Source: an uncultured Gemmatimonadales bacterium
Lineage (GTDB): Bacteria; Gemmatimonadota; Gemmatimonadetes; Gemmatimonadales; GWC2-71-9
Direction: 5' to 3'
Length of the DNA: 64,000 nucleotides
NCBI GenBank assembly: GCA_963815325.1
Contig: CAWFGG010000011.1
Span: 70,645-134,644, forward strand
The translations under genes were made by a program, and so were the position numbers. Below, piece after piece: positions 17,790-27,134 of this stretch. The number at the start of each line of letters is the position of its first letter. Position 1 is the stretch's first letter. The notes beneath the pieces are model-generated. The model saw nothing but the letters and a program-made list of their open reading frames with translations. It searched no databases and was not told the origin of the DNA.

Positions 17790-18979
17790 CAGGTGGCCTC
17801 CATGGCGGCATCGATTCCCATCCACATCGGGCTGCCCGCCTCTCGCCGGCCGCCGAGGTCGTCGATGACCGCGTCGATCATGACCGGCGTCACGTCGCCG
17901 CCGCACAGCCCGGTCAGGTAATCCTGAATCAGAAGATCGTCCCGGCGGCCCTGAAAGGCGGCCCGGATATCCTGCCAGAAGATGCCCCCCAACCCGGCTG
18001 CGTAATTGCGGTCGAGCACGGCGAGCTTCTTTGCCGTCCGGCAGTGTTCGATAATCGCCGCCTCGGGAAACGGCCGGTAGAGTTTGATCTTGATATGACC
18101 AATCTTCTCCCCCTTCTGGCGCCGATGACGCACCACGTCCAGGGCGGTACTGGCGATGGTGCCGGATGTGATGACGACGAGGTCGGCATCGTCGGTACCG
18201 AAGGTCTCGATCATGCCGCCGACGTCGCGGTCAAATTCCCGAGCAAAGGCTCTGCGGCATTCCTCGTAGACCTCAGGAACTCGGGCCATCGCCTCGTCGA
18301 TCTCCAACCGCTGCGACATCCCTTCGAGCGGCCACACCAGTCCACCCATGGTGGTCGGGTGCTCCTGTCGCATACGGTGCGGCAAGTCGAGCACCGGGAG
18401 GAACCGATCGACCTGTTCCTGCTCGGGACACTGGGTTCCCATCTGGGTGTGGGAGATGATGAACGCGTCCATGGCCACCAGCGCGGGCAGGAGGATGCGG
18501 TGATCCTCCGCCAGGCGAAAGGCCAGGAGCGTCGTGTCCAACACCTCCTGGTTGTCCTCGCAGTAGAACTGGATCCACGGGAAGTCGCGCAGCATCAACG
18601 TATCGCCCTGGTCGGCCCAGATATTCCAGGGCGGGCCGAGCGTGCGATTCACCGCAACCATCACAATAGGCAGCCGGTAGAAGCCGGCCACCATGATGTT
18701 CTCGGTCATGTACGCGAGCCCATTGGACGAACTCGCCGTAAAGGCCCGCGCGCCGGCGAGCGAAGCGCCGATCGAGACACCCATGGCACTGTGCTCGCTC
18801 TCGACCGGCACCACCCTGCCCTTGGTGAATGGAAACTTGGCGACGTACTCGACGATCTCGGTTTGGGGGGTGATAGGATAAATACCGCATACGGCGCCGC
18901 GCGCCGATCGATTCGCCTCGCCCGCGACGCTCAAGGCATAGCCAGCCGCGTGATTGCCGGTAACCAGCTCGAGTGCCAT
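17789..18979 (-). CDS. 2-oxoacid:ferredoxin oxidoreductase alpha subunit
   Basis: GNHAAGYALSVAG and YPITPQTEIVEY are present. The 396-aa length fits. Confidence 0.9.
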   Translation of the reverse strand: MALELVTGNHAAGYALSVAGEANRSARGAVCGIYPITPQTEIVEYVAKFPFTKGRVVPVESEHSAMGVSIGASLAGARAFTASSSNGLAYMTENIMVAGFYRLPIVMVAVNRTLGPPWNIWADQGDTLMLRDFPWIQFYCEDNQEVLDTTLLAFRLAEDHRILLPALVAMDAFIISHTQMGTQCPEQEQVDRFLPVLDLPHRMRQEHPTTMGGLVWPLEGMSQRLEIDEAMARVPEVYEECRRAFAREFDRDVGGMIETFGTDDADLVVITSGTIASTALDVVRHRRQKGEKIGHIKIKLYRPFPEAAIIEHCRTAKKLAVLDRNYAAGLGGIFWQDIRAAFQGRRDDLLIQDYLTGLCGGDVTPVMIDAVIDDLGGRREAGSPMWMGIDAAMEAT

Positions 18980-18990
18980 CGCTCACATCC

Positions 18991-21240
18991 TCACAGGTGA
19001 CTCATGAAAATCACGTTCCGCGGGCACTCGGACGCGCACACGCCGCAGCCCTTACAGAAGGAATAGTCGAACACGAACTCGTGGCCCACCCGCTTGAGCA
19101 CGCCTTCCGGACAATAGGTCACGCAGAGATCACACTCATTGCAAACACCGCAGGACAGACAACGCTTGGCCTCCCGCGCATCGGTCAGGCCCTGATGGAT
19201 CTCGTCGAAGGTGGAGCGGCGGGTGGTCATGGGTACGGTGGTGCCAGCGCTCGGCGCCGTTCGTTCGAACAGGTGGAGCTTCATGGCCCCGGCGTTGATC
19301 ACCTCGTCACGCCACACATCGACGTGGCGGCGTGCTTCGGCGTGTGCATGTACCTCCAACAACTCGCCGCTCAGGGCCTCGTGAATGTGATACGCCGAGC
19401 GCCGGCCGCTGCCGATCGCACCGGCCACGGTGCCGTCGTTGGTGGCCAGGTCGCCGATGGCATAGACCGGGGTTTCGAGGAGTCCCAGCAGGTGGTCCCC
19501 CTCCCGCACTTCGGTACCTTCCGGGAATACCGTCAAGTCGGCCGATTGGCCAAGCGCCAGGATCAGCCGGTGGCAGGAGATATCGAAGTCCGAGTCGGGC
19601 ACCTCCACCGGAGCACGGCGCCCCGAGGAGTCCGGCTCGCCGAGCTGCATGCGGCGGCAGGTGAGCCGAAAGCGCGCACGGCCATCTGTGCCGACGCCAT
19701 CATCGGCGAGTGCCACCGGCTGAGTGAGGAAGTCCATCACTATACCTTCCTCGAGCGCCTCGTCCACCTCTTCGCGGATTGCGGGCATCTCGGCCCGAGT
19801 CCGGCGGTAGACCACCCGGACACTCGAGGCACCCAGGCGGAGTGCCGAGCGTGCAGCATCCATCGCGGTGTTGCCGCCACCGGCTACCAGGACGTCTTCA
19901 CCGTCGACCCTTACTTCGCCTCGATGCGCCCGATCGAGGAAGTCGATTCCCTGCGCTACCGCGTCAGAGTCGGCAACACCCAAGCGGAGGCCCCGCAGTT
20001 CTTGAAGACCCGTTGCCACAAGCACGGCGTCGTGCGACCGAGCCATTTCCAATAGGCGCGGCCGGTCAATCCGATGATCGGTCTCGGCCGTGACTCCGAG
20101 CGCCAGAATTCGGCCGATCTCTCGGTCCAGCACCTCGGCCGGGAGCCTGAAGGTGGGGATGCCGGAGCGCAGCAGCCCGCCTATTTCGGGTGCGCCCTCG
20201 TACACGGTCACCTGGTACCCGAATCGGGCCAGCTGATATGCGGCGCTCAGGCCCGCGGGGCCCGACCCGACGATGGCCACGTGCTCGTCGCGCTGATCGA
20301 TGGCTTCCACGTCGGCGTTACCGTGATCGCCCGCGAACCGTTCGAGCTGTCGCACGTTGACGGCGCCGTCGAGACCGATGCGGTTGCAATTGTCCATGCA
20401 CGGCGCTGGACAGACCCGACCGCACACCGCAGGAAACGGCGAGGTGCGGAGCAGAATGGCCAGCGCCTCGTCCGTTTGGTCGTGGGCCAGTGCGTGCAGG
20501 AAGCCTTGCACGTCGTTTCCGGCCGGGCACACGTGGTTGCAGGGCGGCACCATCTGTTGGCGCTTGGGCTGCTCAGTGGCCCATTGTCCGGTCTTGATGC
20601 GGGGAAACTCTCCGCCGAGTCCGCCGAGGAATCCAGGGGCGCGAGCCTTGGCCAGCGGGGGAGCGGCGGCAGTGGCGGCTTCGTCCGGTCGAGCAACCTC
20701 CAGTAATCGAACGTGCTCGTAGGCCTGGGCCGCCGCCGTGAGATTCGCACCGGTGAAACCGAGGTGCTCGAGCGCCGCGTTGATGTCCTCGAACCCGAAA
20801 CCAAGCATCCGTCCCGCGGCACCGGCCAGCGCCGTATTGACGATCGGGACGCTCCGGGTGCCGAGGTGATGCTCCAGCGCGATGGCCGTGGCGTCGATCG
20901 TGGCGATTCGGTAGGAGGGATAGTCTGCCGCGAAGTGGGCCGGCGGCTCGGGGGAGTTGAACAGGATCCACCCGCCTGCCTTGAGTCCTCCGGTGATGGC
21001 CGGTCCTACCAAGGTGGGGTCGAGCACGATGACGTGATCGGGCTCGTAGATCAAATTGCGATTGGTGATCGGTTCCGTATCGTACCGGCAAAAGGCTTGG
21101 AGCGGTGCCCCCGAGCGCTCAGCCGCGTAGAGCCCGAAGGCCTGGACCGATTGGCCCTTTAAGAACCGGGTGGTGGCGATGATCTTCGCCAGCGTTACCC
21201 CGCCCTGACCGCCGCGGCCATGAATACGGATTTCGATCAT
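18991..21240 (-). CDS. fusion protein: oxidoreductase gamma subunit + GltD/NfnB-like FAD/NAD(P)H Fe-S flavoprotein + delta ferredoxin
   Basis: A GGAGAC ribosome-binding site precedes ATG 21240. The N-terminus IRIHGRGGQGGVT is gamma-type. The middle region has CNHVCPAGND, CGRVCPAPCMDNC, VAIVGSGPAGLSAAY and VLVAGGGNTAMDAARSA. The C-terminus has CLSCGVCNECDLCVTYCP and CKGCGVCASECP (two 4Fe-4S motifs). Confidence 0.85.
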   Translation of the reverse strand: MIEIRIHGRGGQGGVTLAKIIATTRFLKGQSVQAFGLYAAERSGAPLQAFCRYDTEPITNRNLIYEPDHVIVLDPTLVGPAITGGLKAGGWILFNSPEPPAHFAADYPSYRIATIDATAIALEHHLGTRSVPIVNTALAGAAGRMLGFGFEDINAALEHLGFTGANLTAAAQAYEHVRLLEVARPDEAATAAAPPLAKARAPGFLGGLGGEFPRIKTGQWATEQPKRQQMVPPCNHVCPAGNDVQGFLHALAHDQTDEALAILLRTSPFPAVCGRVCPAPCMDNCNRIGLDGAVNVRQLERFAGDHGNADVEAIDQRDEHVAIVGSGPAGLSAAYQLARFGYQVTVYEGAPEIGGLLRSGIPTFRLPAEVLDREIGRILALGVTAETDHRIDRPRLLEMARSHDAVLVATGLQELRGLRLGVADSDAVAQGIDFLDRAHRGEVRVDGEDVLVAGGGNTAMDAARSALRLGASSVRVVYRRTRAEMPAIREEVDEALEEGIVMDFLTQPVALADDGVGTDGRARFRLTCRRMQLGEPDSSGRRAPVEVPDSDFDISCHRLILALGQSADLTVFPEGTEVREGDHLLGLLETPVYAIGDLATNDGTVAGAIGSGRRSAYHIHEALSGELLEVHAHAEARRHVDVWRDEVINAGAMKLHLFERTAPSAGTTVPMTTRRSTFDEIHQGLTDAREAKRCLSCGVCNECDLCVTYCPEGVLKRVGHEFVFDYSFCKGCGVCASECPRNVIFMSHL

Positions 21241-21427
21241 TAGGAGTCTCCTCATCGGAGATTACCCCACCCAGGATGAAGAGACCTTTAAGCTCGTGTG
21301 AACAGGTGCTTGGGGACGGCTCCGAGCCCATGAAGCTTGCGAGCGTCGCGGGTAACCGGCATCCTGCAACATGGCACTGGGGGGGGTCGGCGAGCGAGCA
21401 ACGGGTCCAATAGCCTAGGAGGGACAG

Positions 21428-21820
21428 GTGCCCCGAGTCACCGGAATCGGAGGGATTTTCTTCAAGTCAAAGCAGGCGAAGGAGTTGCGCCGGTGGTACG
21501 ACGAGCATTTGGGGGTCGAGCCAGAGGACTACGGCGGCCATGCGTTCCGCTGGCGGCAGCTGGACGACCCCAATCGGGTCGGCAGCACGGTTTGGAGCAT
21601 ATTCCCGGACGAATCGACCTATTTCGATCCGAGTGATGCCGGATTCATGGTCAACTTCCGAGTGGACGACCTGGAGGGACTCCTCCAGCAGCTCCGAGCG
21701 GCAGGGATCAGAGTCGACGACAAGATAGGAGAGTACGAGTACGGGCGGTTCGGCTGGTGTTACGACCCCGATGGCAACAAGATCGAGCTGTGGCAGCCGC
21801 TCGGTGAAGAGGGTCAGTGA
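21428..21820 (+). CDS. VOC (glyoxalase) family protein
   Basis: GTG start. ITGIGGIFFKSK and WCYDPDGNKIELWQP are present. Confidence 0.7.
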   Translation: MPRVTGIGGIFFKSKQAKELRRWYDEHLGVEPEDYGGHAFRWRQLDDPNRVGSTVWSIFPDESTYFDPSDAGFMVNFRVDDLEGLLQQLRAAGIRVDDKIGEYEYGRFGWCYDPDGNKIELWQPLGEEGQ

Positions 21821-21893
21821 CTTGCGTGTGAGGAGATCAGACCCTGGAACACCGCGCAGCCGCTTCGGGGGGTGCCCTCGTGAACTCGCGACT

Positions 21894-22724
21894 CTACCTT
21901 GACGTATCGGGGTTGTCCTGGCCCGGTGCGGCGGCTCCTCGCTGCGTCGCGGCGGAGGATAGGCTGGTACCTTCACCGGACTGCTCATGTAGTTCGTTGA
22001 GCTTCAAGTATTTCATATAAGTGCGGAAGATGCTGGTAACGCCCACGGTACAGCCGTCAACACCCTTGAAGAGCCCGCCCCGGAGAACGAACTGACGGAA
22101 GCCGGCGCCGAGGGCGCTGAGGATGGGCTTGGAGTTGGACGGTGGGTAGCCCCGCTCGTACATGCCCCGCGCATCCCGCGACGTCATCCAGTTAATTTTT
22201 GCGAGCCAGTCGCTCAGGTTGTCATACGTGTAATGGACGATGTGACCCTCCGACCGCTGCACGCGCGGCGCAACGACGTGTGCGTGACCGGGCTCTGGTT
22301 GGTAACCCGACCGTGTCCGGTTGTAGAGACGCGTCACGAAGTCGGGGTAGAAGCCAGGGCCCTTGATCCAGTGTTGACCCACATAGTTCTTGCGATTGAA
22401 GGCGAAGGCGGTAGCCGCATCGTCCAGAGCCAGGTTGTGGATGACCGTGCACATCTCGTCATCGATGCGTTCGTCGGCATCCAGGGCGAGAATCCAATCG
22501 TGACGCGCAAGCTGCTGGGTAAGCTTTCGTTGCGGGCCTTCCCCGAGGTACTCCTGCTGAATGACCGCAGCGCCCGCTGCTTCCGCAAGGCTCACCGTAG
22601 TGTCGGTGCTGACAGAGTCCACCACCACCACGTCGTCACAGACCCGTCGGAGTGAGGCGATGCAGGCCTCAATATGGTCGGCTTCGTTATAGGTGATGAC
22701 TGTGCCGGTGATGGATGGGGTCAT
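21894..22724 (-). CDS. family 2 glycosyltransferase
   Basis: The N-terminus ITGTVITYNEADHIEACIASL and the DxD-type LALDADERID motif are present. Confidence 0.8.
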   Translation of the reverse strand: MTPSITGTVITYNEADHIEACIASLRRVCDDVVVVDSVSTDTTVSLAEAAGAAVIQQEYLGEGPQRKLTQQLARHDWILALDADERIDDEMCTVIHNLALDDAATAFAFNRKNYVGQHWIKGPGFYPDFVTRLYNRTRSGYQPEPGHAHVVAPRVQRSEGHIVHYTYDNLSDWLAKINWMTSRDARGMYERGYPPSNSKPILSALGAGFRQFVLRGGLFKGVDGCTVGVTSIFRTYMKYLKLNELHEQSGEGTSLSSAATQRGAAAPGQDNPDTSR

Positions 22725-23010
22725 AGGCTCAGAGTGATGGCGCTGGCGTGGTCAGGACCTGGCTAATATATAGGGAACCCTCACCAAAGAAGCATAGCAA
22801 GAATGGAAGCGATTACTCCTGAGGACGGTCTCCAGCGCACGAGTTTTGTTGGTTTCAAGAAACGGCGATTGCCGTGGGCGTAGGAAAACCGACTGCGGCA
22901 ACCCTGGCGACGGTGTCCCTAGTGGACATGCCATGTGAGGCCCTCCGACGCGTGCCCCGGGCGCGTTGGCGGCTGACAATCACGCTTCACCGCGTCACAC
23001 AGCCAGGCTA

Positions 23011-23910
23011 ATGCGGCCGCCGCGAGCGACTACGGCTCACCCGGTGCGGACCCTCGCGCTGACACTGCTCGCCCTCAACGCGTTTGCGGCCAACTCGGTG
23101 CTCACCCGGATGGCATTGGGCCACGCCTCGATCGACGCGTCCAGCTTTGCCACTATCCGAGTCGTGTCCGGCGCGGCGGCGCTGCTCCTAGTCTCATCCC
23201 TGAACCGCCGGACGGACGGACCCGTGTTTCGCGGCAGCTGGGCCTCCGCTCTCATGTTGTTCTCGTACGCCGTGCCCTTTTCGTTCGCGTACTTGAGCCT
23301 CAGTACCGGAACCGGGGCGCTCATCCTGTTCGGCATGGTTCAGGTCACCATGATCCTCGCGGCGCTGGGCTCCGGCGAGCGGCCTCACGCCTGGCAGTGG
23401 GCCGGACTCCTCCTGGCGTTTGCCGGCTTGGTGTACCTCGTGTTCCCCGGGATCACGGCACCCTCGCCCATCGGATCGCTGCTCATGGCCGTGGCCGGTA
23501 TCTCCTGGGGGCTGTACTCACTTAGGGGCCGGAGCGCCACACGCCCCCTGGCAGACACCACCGGCAACTTCGCCCGGGCCGTCCCGCTAGTCTTAGGAGT
23601 GAGCCTGGCGGCGCGGTCCCAGGTGAGCCTGTCCGGCCCAGGCATTCTCCTGGCGATTCTTTCCGGAGCGCTGGCATCCGGGGTGGGATACGTCATATGG
23701 TATGCGGCACTCCGCGGCCTCACGAGAACGCGAGCGGCAACGGTGCAATTGTCCGTTCCGGTCTTGGCGGCACTAGGAGGAGTGTTCTTCCTGTCGGAGG
23801 ACGTGTCGCTTCGCTTGGTGCTCTCGGCCGTGCTCATTCTCGGAGGAGTCGGCATTGCCATTGTCAGCAAGGAACGCGTGATCCCTCAGACGGTGACGGT
23901 GCCTCGATGA
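23011..23910 (+). CDS. DMT (EamA) family transporter
   Basis: About 10 TM segments forming two EamA-like halves. The start is ATG 23011; an earlier in-frame start at 22966 is possible. Confidence 0.75.
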   Translation: MRPPRATTAHPVRTLALTLLALNAFAANSVLTRMALGHASIDASSFATIRVVSGAAALLLVSSLNRRTDGPVFRGSWASALMLFSYAVPFSFAYLSLSTGTGALILFGMVQVTMILAALGSGERPHAWQWAGLLLAFAGLVYLVFPGITAPSPIGSLLMAVAGISWGLYSLRGRSATRPLADTTGNFARAVPLVLGVSLAARSQVSLSGPGILLAILSGALASGVGYVIWYAALRGLTRTRAATVQLSVPVLAALGGVFFLSEDVSLRLVLSAVLILGGVGIAIVSKERVIPQTVTVPR

Positions 23911-24137
23911 ATGCGATGACATTCTGCCGGTTGGTCCTCGGCGTTCTACTGGTGGCCGGGGTTGGTTGCTCCTCCGGGGAACGGGTGCATACCGACGCGC
24001 CCGATGCCCAGCGTACGCGGGACAGCGCCATCGGGGAGTCCCAGCTCCCGGGAGCGGCAGGAGTGCGTGGAGCGCTTCGCGCGGCCGACTCGGCGGAAGC
24101 GCGACGGGCCCGGGAAGACTCCGTCACGGCGCCATGA
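23907..24137 (+). CDS. 76-aa lipoprotein, unknown function
   Basis: ATGA overlap with the DMT stop. Lipobox LVAGVGCSSG. The remainder is a low-complexity Ala/Arg/Asp tail. Confidence 0.5.
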   Translation: MNAMTFCRLVLGVLLVAGVGCSSGERVHTDAPDAQRTRDSAIGESQLPGAAGVRGALRAADSAEARRAREDSVTAP

Positions 24138-24898
24138 CCGTCGCGTTCACCCGAGCGGTGAGTCCCAGTCTCGCCCGGTGCGAGTTGACCCACCTCGCCC
24201 GCGATCCGATCGATGCAACCCGCGCGGCAGCCCAGCATTCCGACTACGAGCGCTGCCTCGCCCAACTCGGGGTGGAGGTCGTACACCTGCCTGCCCTGTC
24301 CGACCTCCCCGATTCGGTTTTCGTCGAAGACACCGCCGTCGTCCTGGACGAACTCGCCATCATCACGCGGCCAGGGGCGGTCTCGCGCCGTGCCGAGACG
24401 GGGGCCATCGCCAACGCGCTCCGGCGCTATCGAGACCTTGTGTTCATTGAGGAGCCAGCCACGGTCGATGGCGGAGATGTCCTGGTCATTGGCCGCCAAG
24501 TATATGTCGGGTTGTCGTCGCGCACCTCCGCGTCAGGGGTCGCACAGATTCGCCACATGCTCGAACCCCTCGGCTATCGGGTCACGATCGCGGCGGTCGA
24601 TGGATGCCTCCACTTGAAATCCGCAGTGACACAGGTTGCGCCGGACACCGTGCTCATCAATCGCACCTGGGTGGACAGTGACGCCTTTCGCGGCATGCGG
24701 CTGGTCGAGGTCGATCCAACCGAGCCCCATGCCGCCAACGCCCTCAGGATTCGCGACTCGGTCGTCTACCCTGCGGCCTTCGAGCGGACCCGGGATCGGC
24801 TCCATGAGCTTGGCATCGCCGTGCTGCCGGTTGATGTTTCGGAGTTGGCCAAGGCGGAGGGCGGTGTCACCTGTTGTAGTATTCTCGTCGAGCGCTAG
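24134..24898 (+). CDS. dimethylarginine dimethylaminohydrolase (DDAH) / amidinotransferase-fold enzyme
   Basis: ATGA overlap with the lipoprotein stop. FVEDTAVVLDELAIITRPG is present, and the C-terminal GGVTCCS is a catalytic-Cys motif of the guanidino-modifying superfamily. Confidence 0.75.
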   Translation: MTVAFTRAVSPSLARCELTHLARDPIDATRAAAQHSDYERCLAQLGVEVVHLPALSDLPDSVFVEDTAVVLDELAIITRPGAVSRRAETGAIANALRRYRDLVFIEEPATVDGGDVLVIGRQVYVGLSSRTSASGVAQIRHMLEPLGYRVTIAAVDGCLHLKSAVTQVAPDTVLINRTWVDSDAFRGMRLVEVDPTEPHAANALRIRDSVVYPAAFERTRDRLHELGIAVLPVDVSELAKAEGGVTCCSILVER

Positions 24899-24920
24899 CG
24901 TCTTGACACAGGGAGGCCTC

Positions 24921-25222
24921 ATGCTGGGCGGAAAATCCTGGGACGAGTGGATCGCGCAATACAGCCTGAGTCACCAGCACCCGATCAACCGGGTCTGCCA
25001 CACGATCGGGATCCCCCTGATTGCCGTCTCGCTTCCGCTCTTTCTGGTGGCGATCGCGGTCCCCGGGGGTTGGCCCATCCCGCTCGGCCTGTTCCTGGTC
25101 GGCTGGCTCTTTCAATTCGCGGGCATGCCGTCGAAGGGAAGCCACCGGAGTTCTTCACGGATTGGCGCTTTCTGTTCGTGGGACTTCGGTGGTGGGTCGC
25201 CAAGATCCGGGGCCGAGTCTGA
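24921..25222 (+). pseudogene. DUF962 (Mpo1-like) membrane protein interrupted by a 1-nt frame break
   Basis: GGGAGG ribosome-binding site and ATG 24921. One frame reads ...LFLVGWLFQFAG up to ~25124. The -1 frame then continues HAVEGKPPEFFTDWRFLFVGLRWW to the stop at 25222. Joined, they restore the family motif QFxGHxxEGKxPxFF. Confidence 0.7.
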
Positions 25223-25263
25223 GATTCGGATCGATCGACTGACAATCGCCTCGTAGAATAGAA

Positions 25264-25602
25264 ATGGGCTACGAATGGAAAGAGAATGAACTCGCAGGAT
25301 CCGCAGTTGTCGCCGCTGAATTGGTGGACTACCAGGCCGGAGCGGTGGTCAGCCGGGTCGTGCTCAAACAGAAGACCGGGTCGATCACGGTCTTCGCGTT
25401 CGATCGGGGCGAGGAGTTGAGCGAGCACACCGTGCCGCACGACGCGTTGATTCACGTGATCGATGGTGAAGCCGAGATCTCCGTCGCCGGCGTTCCGCAC
25501 CGAGTTGAGGCAGGGAGCATGATCATCCTGCCTGGCGGTGAGGCGCACGCGGTCCGGGCAGCCACGCGCTTCAAGATGATCTTGGTGATGATCAAACCCT
25601 GA
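25264..25602 (+). CDS. cupin domain protein
   Basis: 112 aa. EHTVPHDALIHVIDGEAEISV and LPGGEAHAV are present. Confidence 0.75.
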   Translation: MGYEWKENELAGSAVVAAELVDYQAGAVVSRVVLKQKTGSITVFAFDRGEELSEHTVPHDALIHVIDGEAEISVAGVPHRVEAGSMIILPGGEAHAVRAATRFKMILVMIKP

Positions 25603-25634
25603 CAGCCTGGGGCCGGCTGCCTGGTCGCTGTGTT

Positions 25635-26117
25635 TCAGGGCTCGGATGGACAGCGCACCCGGCGATACGGAAAGTCGATCCGTCGAAGCTCCCCTCCCCG
25701 CGTACCCTCGATCCAGCCAACGAGCGAATCCGAGCCCATGCGGTCGTAGCCGATCCGCTCGGGGAAGTCGTGCTCCGGGTTCTCGAAGATCAGCGCCGTA
25801 TCGCTCACGTGAATTGCCGGAAACGTGGCCGACTCCTGGCCTGACGGGTGTGCCTCATACGCTAGGCCCGTGGTGTCTTCCCGAATGAGGACCAACTCGT
25901 AGCCTACCAGGCGCCCGTCGCGCATGGCGCGGTTCATCCCGAGCATCGCATCGCCCCGGGGGGCCATCCACTGCTCCTCCATGGTCCGGCTGCCCGACCC
26001 GCGCTCCCAACAGCCGCTGAGCCATGCCGCGCGATCGACACCCGTTGGTGTCTGGGCCGAGAGAACGGCTGCAGTGCAGCAACAAAGAGCCAGTACCCAC
26101 CATGGCATCTTGGACAT
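25635..26117 (-). CDS. secreted DUF6265-like protein
   Basis: GGAAAGGA ribosome-binding site and ATG 26117. The signal peptide is MSKMPWWVLALCCCTAAVLSA. WLSGCWERG...EEQWMAP...FENPEHDFPERIGY matches my recollection of DUF6265. Confidence 0.55.
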   Translation of the reverse strand: MSKMPWWVLALCCCTAAVLSAQTPTGVDRAAWLSGCWERGSGSRTMEEQWMAPRGDAMLGMNRAMRDGRLVGYELVLIREDTTGLAYEAHPSGQESATFPAIHVSDTALIFENPEHDFPERIGYDRMGSDSLVGWIEGTRGGELRRIDFPYRRVRCPSEP

Positions 26118-26153
26118 CGATGTCCTTTCCAAGGAGATGGAATCTGCCACCGC

Positions 26154-27134
26154 CTACCTCAAGCTCTCCAGGGCCCGCCGTACATACACCGGCACCATGT
26201 CCTTGCGCCAGCCGATGGTGAAATCGGTGTTGTCGAGTGGCTTGGCGGGCCGGGCGGCGATGCGGGCCGCGTGGTCGATGGCCTCGTCCGACAGCTGCTT
26301 CCCCACCAGGGACCCGGCCGCCTCGTCGCTCACGAGCGGGGCCGAACCCACCGCACCGATAACAATGCGAGCCTCCGACACCGTGGTGCCGCCGTTCATG
26401 CGAGCCCAGACGGCAACGCCCAGGACCGGGAAGTCGAACGAGCCGCGGCGGCGGAGCTTCTGGTAGGACGCCCGGGCCCGATCGAGCGGAGGTATCTCGA
26501 CGGTCGTCAAGAGCTCATCAGGTCGTTTCGCCAAGAAGTCGATGCCATCGTTCAGATAGAGATCCCGGGCGCGCACGGTCCTAGCGCCGTCCGGCCCCTC
26601 GAAGCGCATGCTCGCGTCCAGCGCCACCATCACCGGGACCAGGTCGCTCGATTGCACCGCCCAGCACCGCGGCGACGAGGGGGCGACCCAGCAGATGTCG
26701 CCATCCTTCTTCATGCAGAAGTCGATGGCCTTCCGCCACTCATACCCTTGGTCGTAATAGTTGCAGCGGGTGTCGAGCAGCAGGTTCCCGCCGATCGTGC
26801 CCATGTTCCGCAGCAGGGGTGTCGAGATGAGGGCCGCCGCATGGGAAATCACCGGCCATCCCTTGCTCACGGCGGGATGTCGGATGAGCTCGGTCAGCGT
26901 GACGCACGCACCGATGGCGAGCCGTCCATCCGACAACGTCTCCAGTTGCCCGAGCTCGGGGATGCCCCGGATATCGATCAAATGCGCCGGGGTCTGGACC
27001 CGTCGCTTCATGTTGGGATAGAGATCGGTGCCGCCCGCAACGTAGGACGCCGCCTGGCCATGGGTGGCCTTCTCGGCTAGGGCTTCGTCGATCGTTGCTG
27101 GGAAACTCGCGGTGCAGGGCGAGAGGCGGAGCAT
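26154..27134 (-). CDS. molybdenum hydroxylase FAD-binding subunit with a four-Cys insertion (HcrB-like)
   Basis: ATG 27134 overlaps the large-subunit stop. YVAGGTDLYP and GTIGGNL are FAD motifs. The insertion is DTRCNYYDQGYEWRKAIDFCMKKDGDICWVAPSSPRCW, with Cys at residues 124, 140, 148 and 157. Confidence 0.85.
   Translation of the reverse strand: MLRLSPCTASFPATIDEALAEKATHGQAASYVAGGTDLYPNMKRRVQTPAHLIDIRGIPELGQLETLSDGRLAIGACVTLTELIRHPAVSKGWPVISHAAALISTPLLRNMGTIGGNLLLDTRCNYYDQGYEWRKAIDFCMKKDGDICWVAPSSPRCWAVQSSDLVPVMVALDASMRFEGPDGARTVRARDLYLNDGIDFLAKRPDELLTTVEIPPLDRARASYQKLRRRGSFDFPVLGVAVWARMNGGTTVSEARIVIGAVGSAPLVSDEAAGSLVGKQLSDEAIDHAARIAARPAKPLDNTDFTIGWRKDMVPVYVRRALESLR

Noticed and set aside
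18044-20055. 318-aa and 360-aa + strand ORFs over the oxidoreductase operon
   Set aside because: They are antisense shadows of porA and the gamma-GltD-delta fusion, and no motifs are present.
22725-22965. A 240-nt comparatively AT-rich intergenic region, considered as a riboswitch or small RNA upstream of the DMT-DDAH operon (for example guanidine-type)
   Set aside because: I could not match any riboswitch consensus I know (ykkC, SAM, TPP, cobalamin, preQ1). I also found no SRP, RNase P or tmRNA signatures. It is most simply the pair of divergent promoters for the GT2 and DMT genes. It still deserves an Rfam scan.
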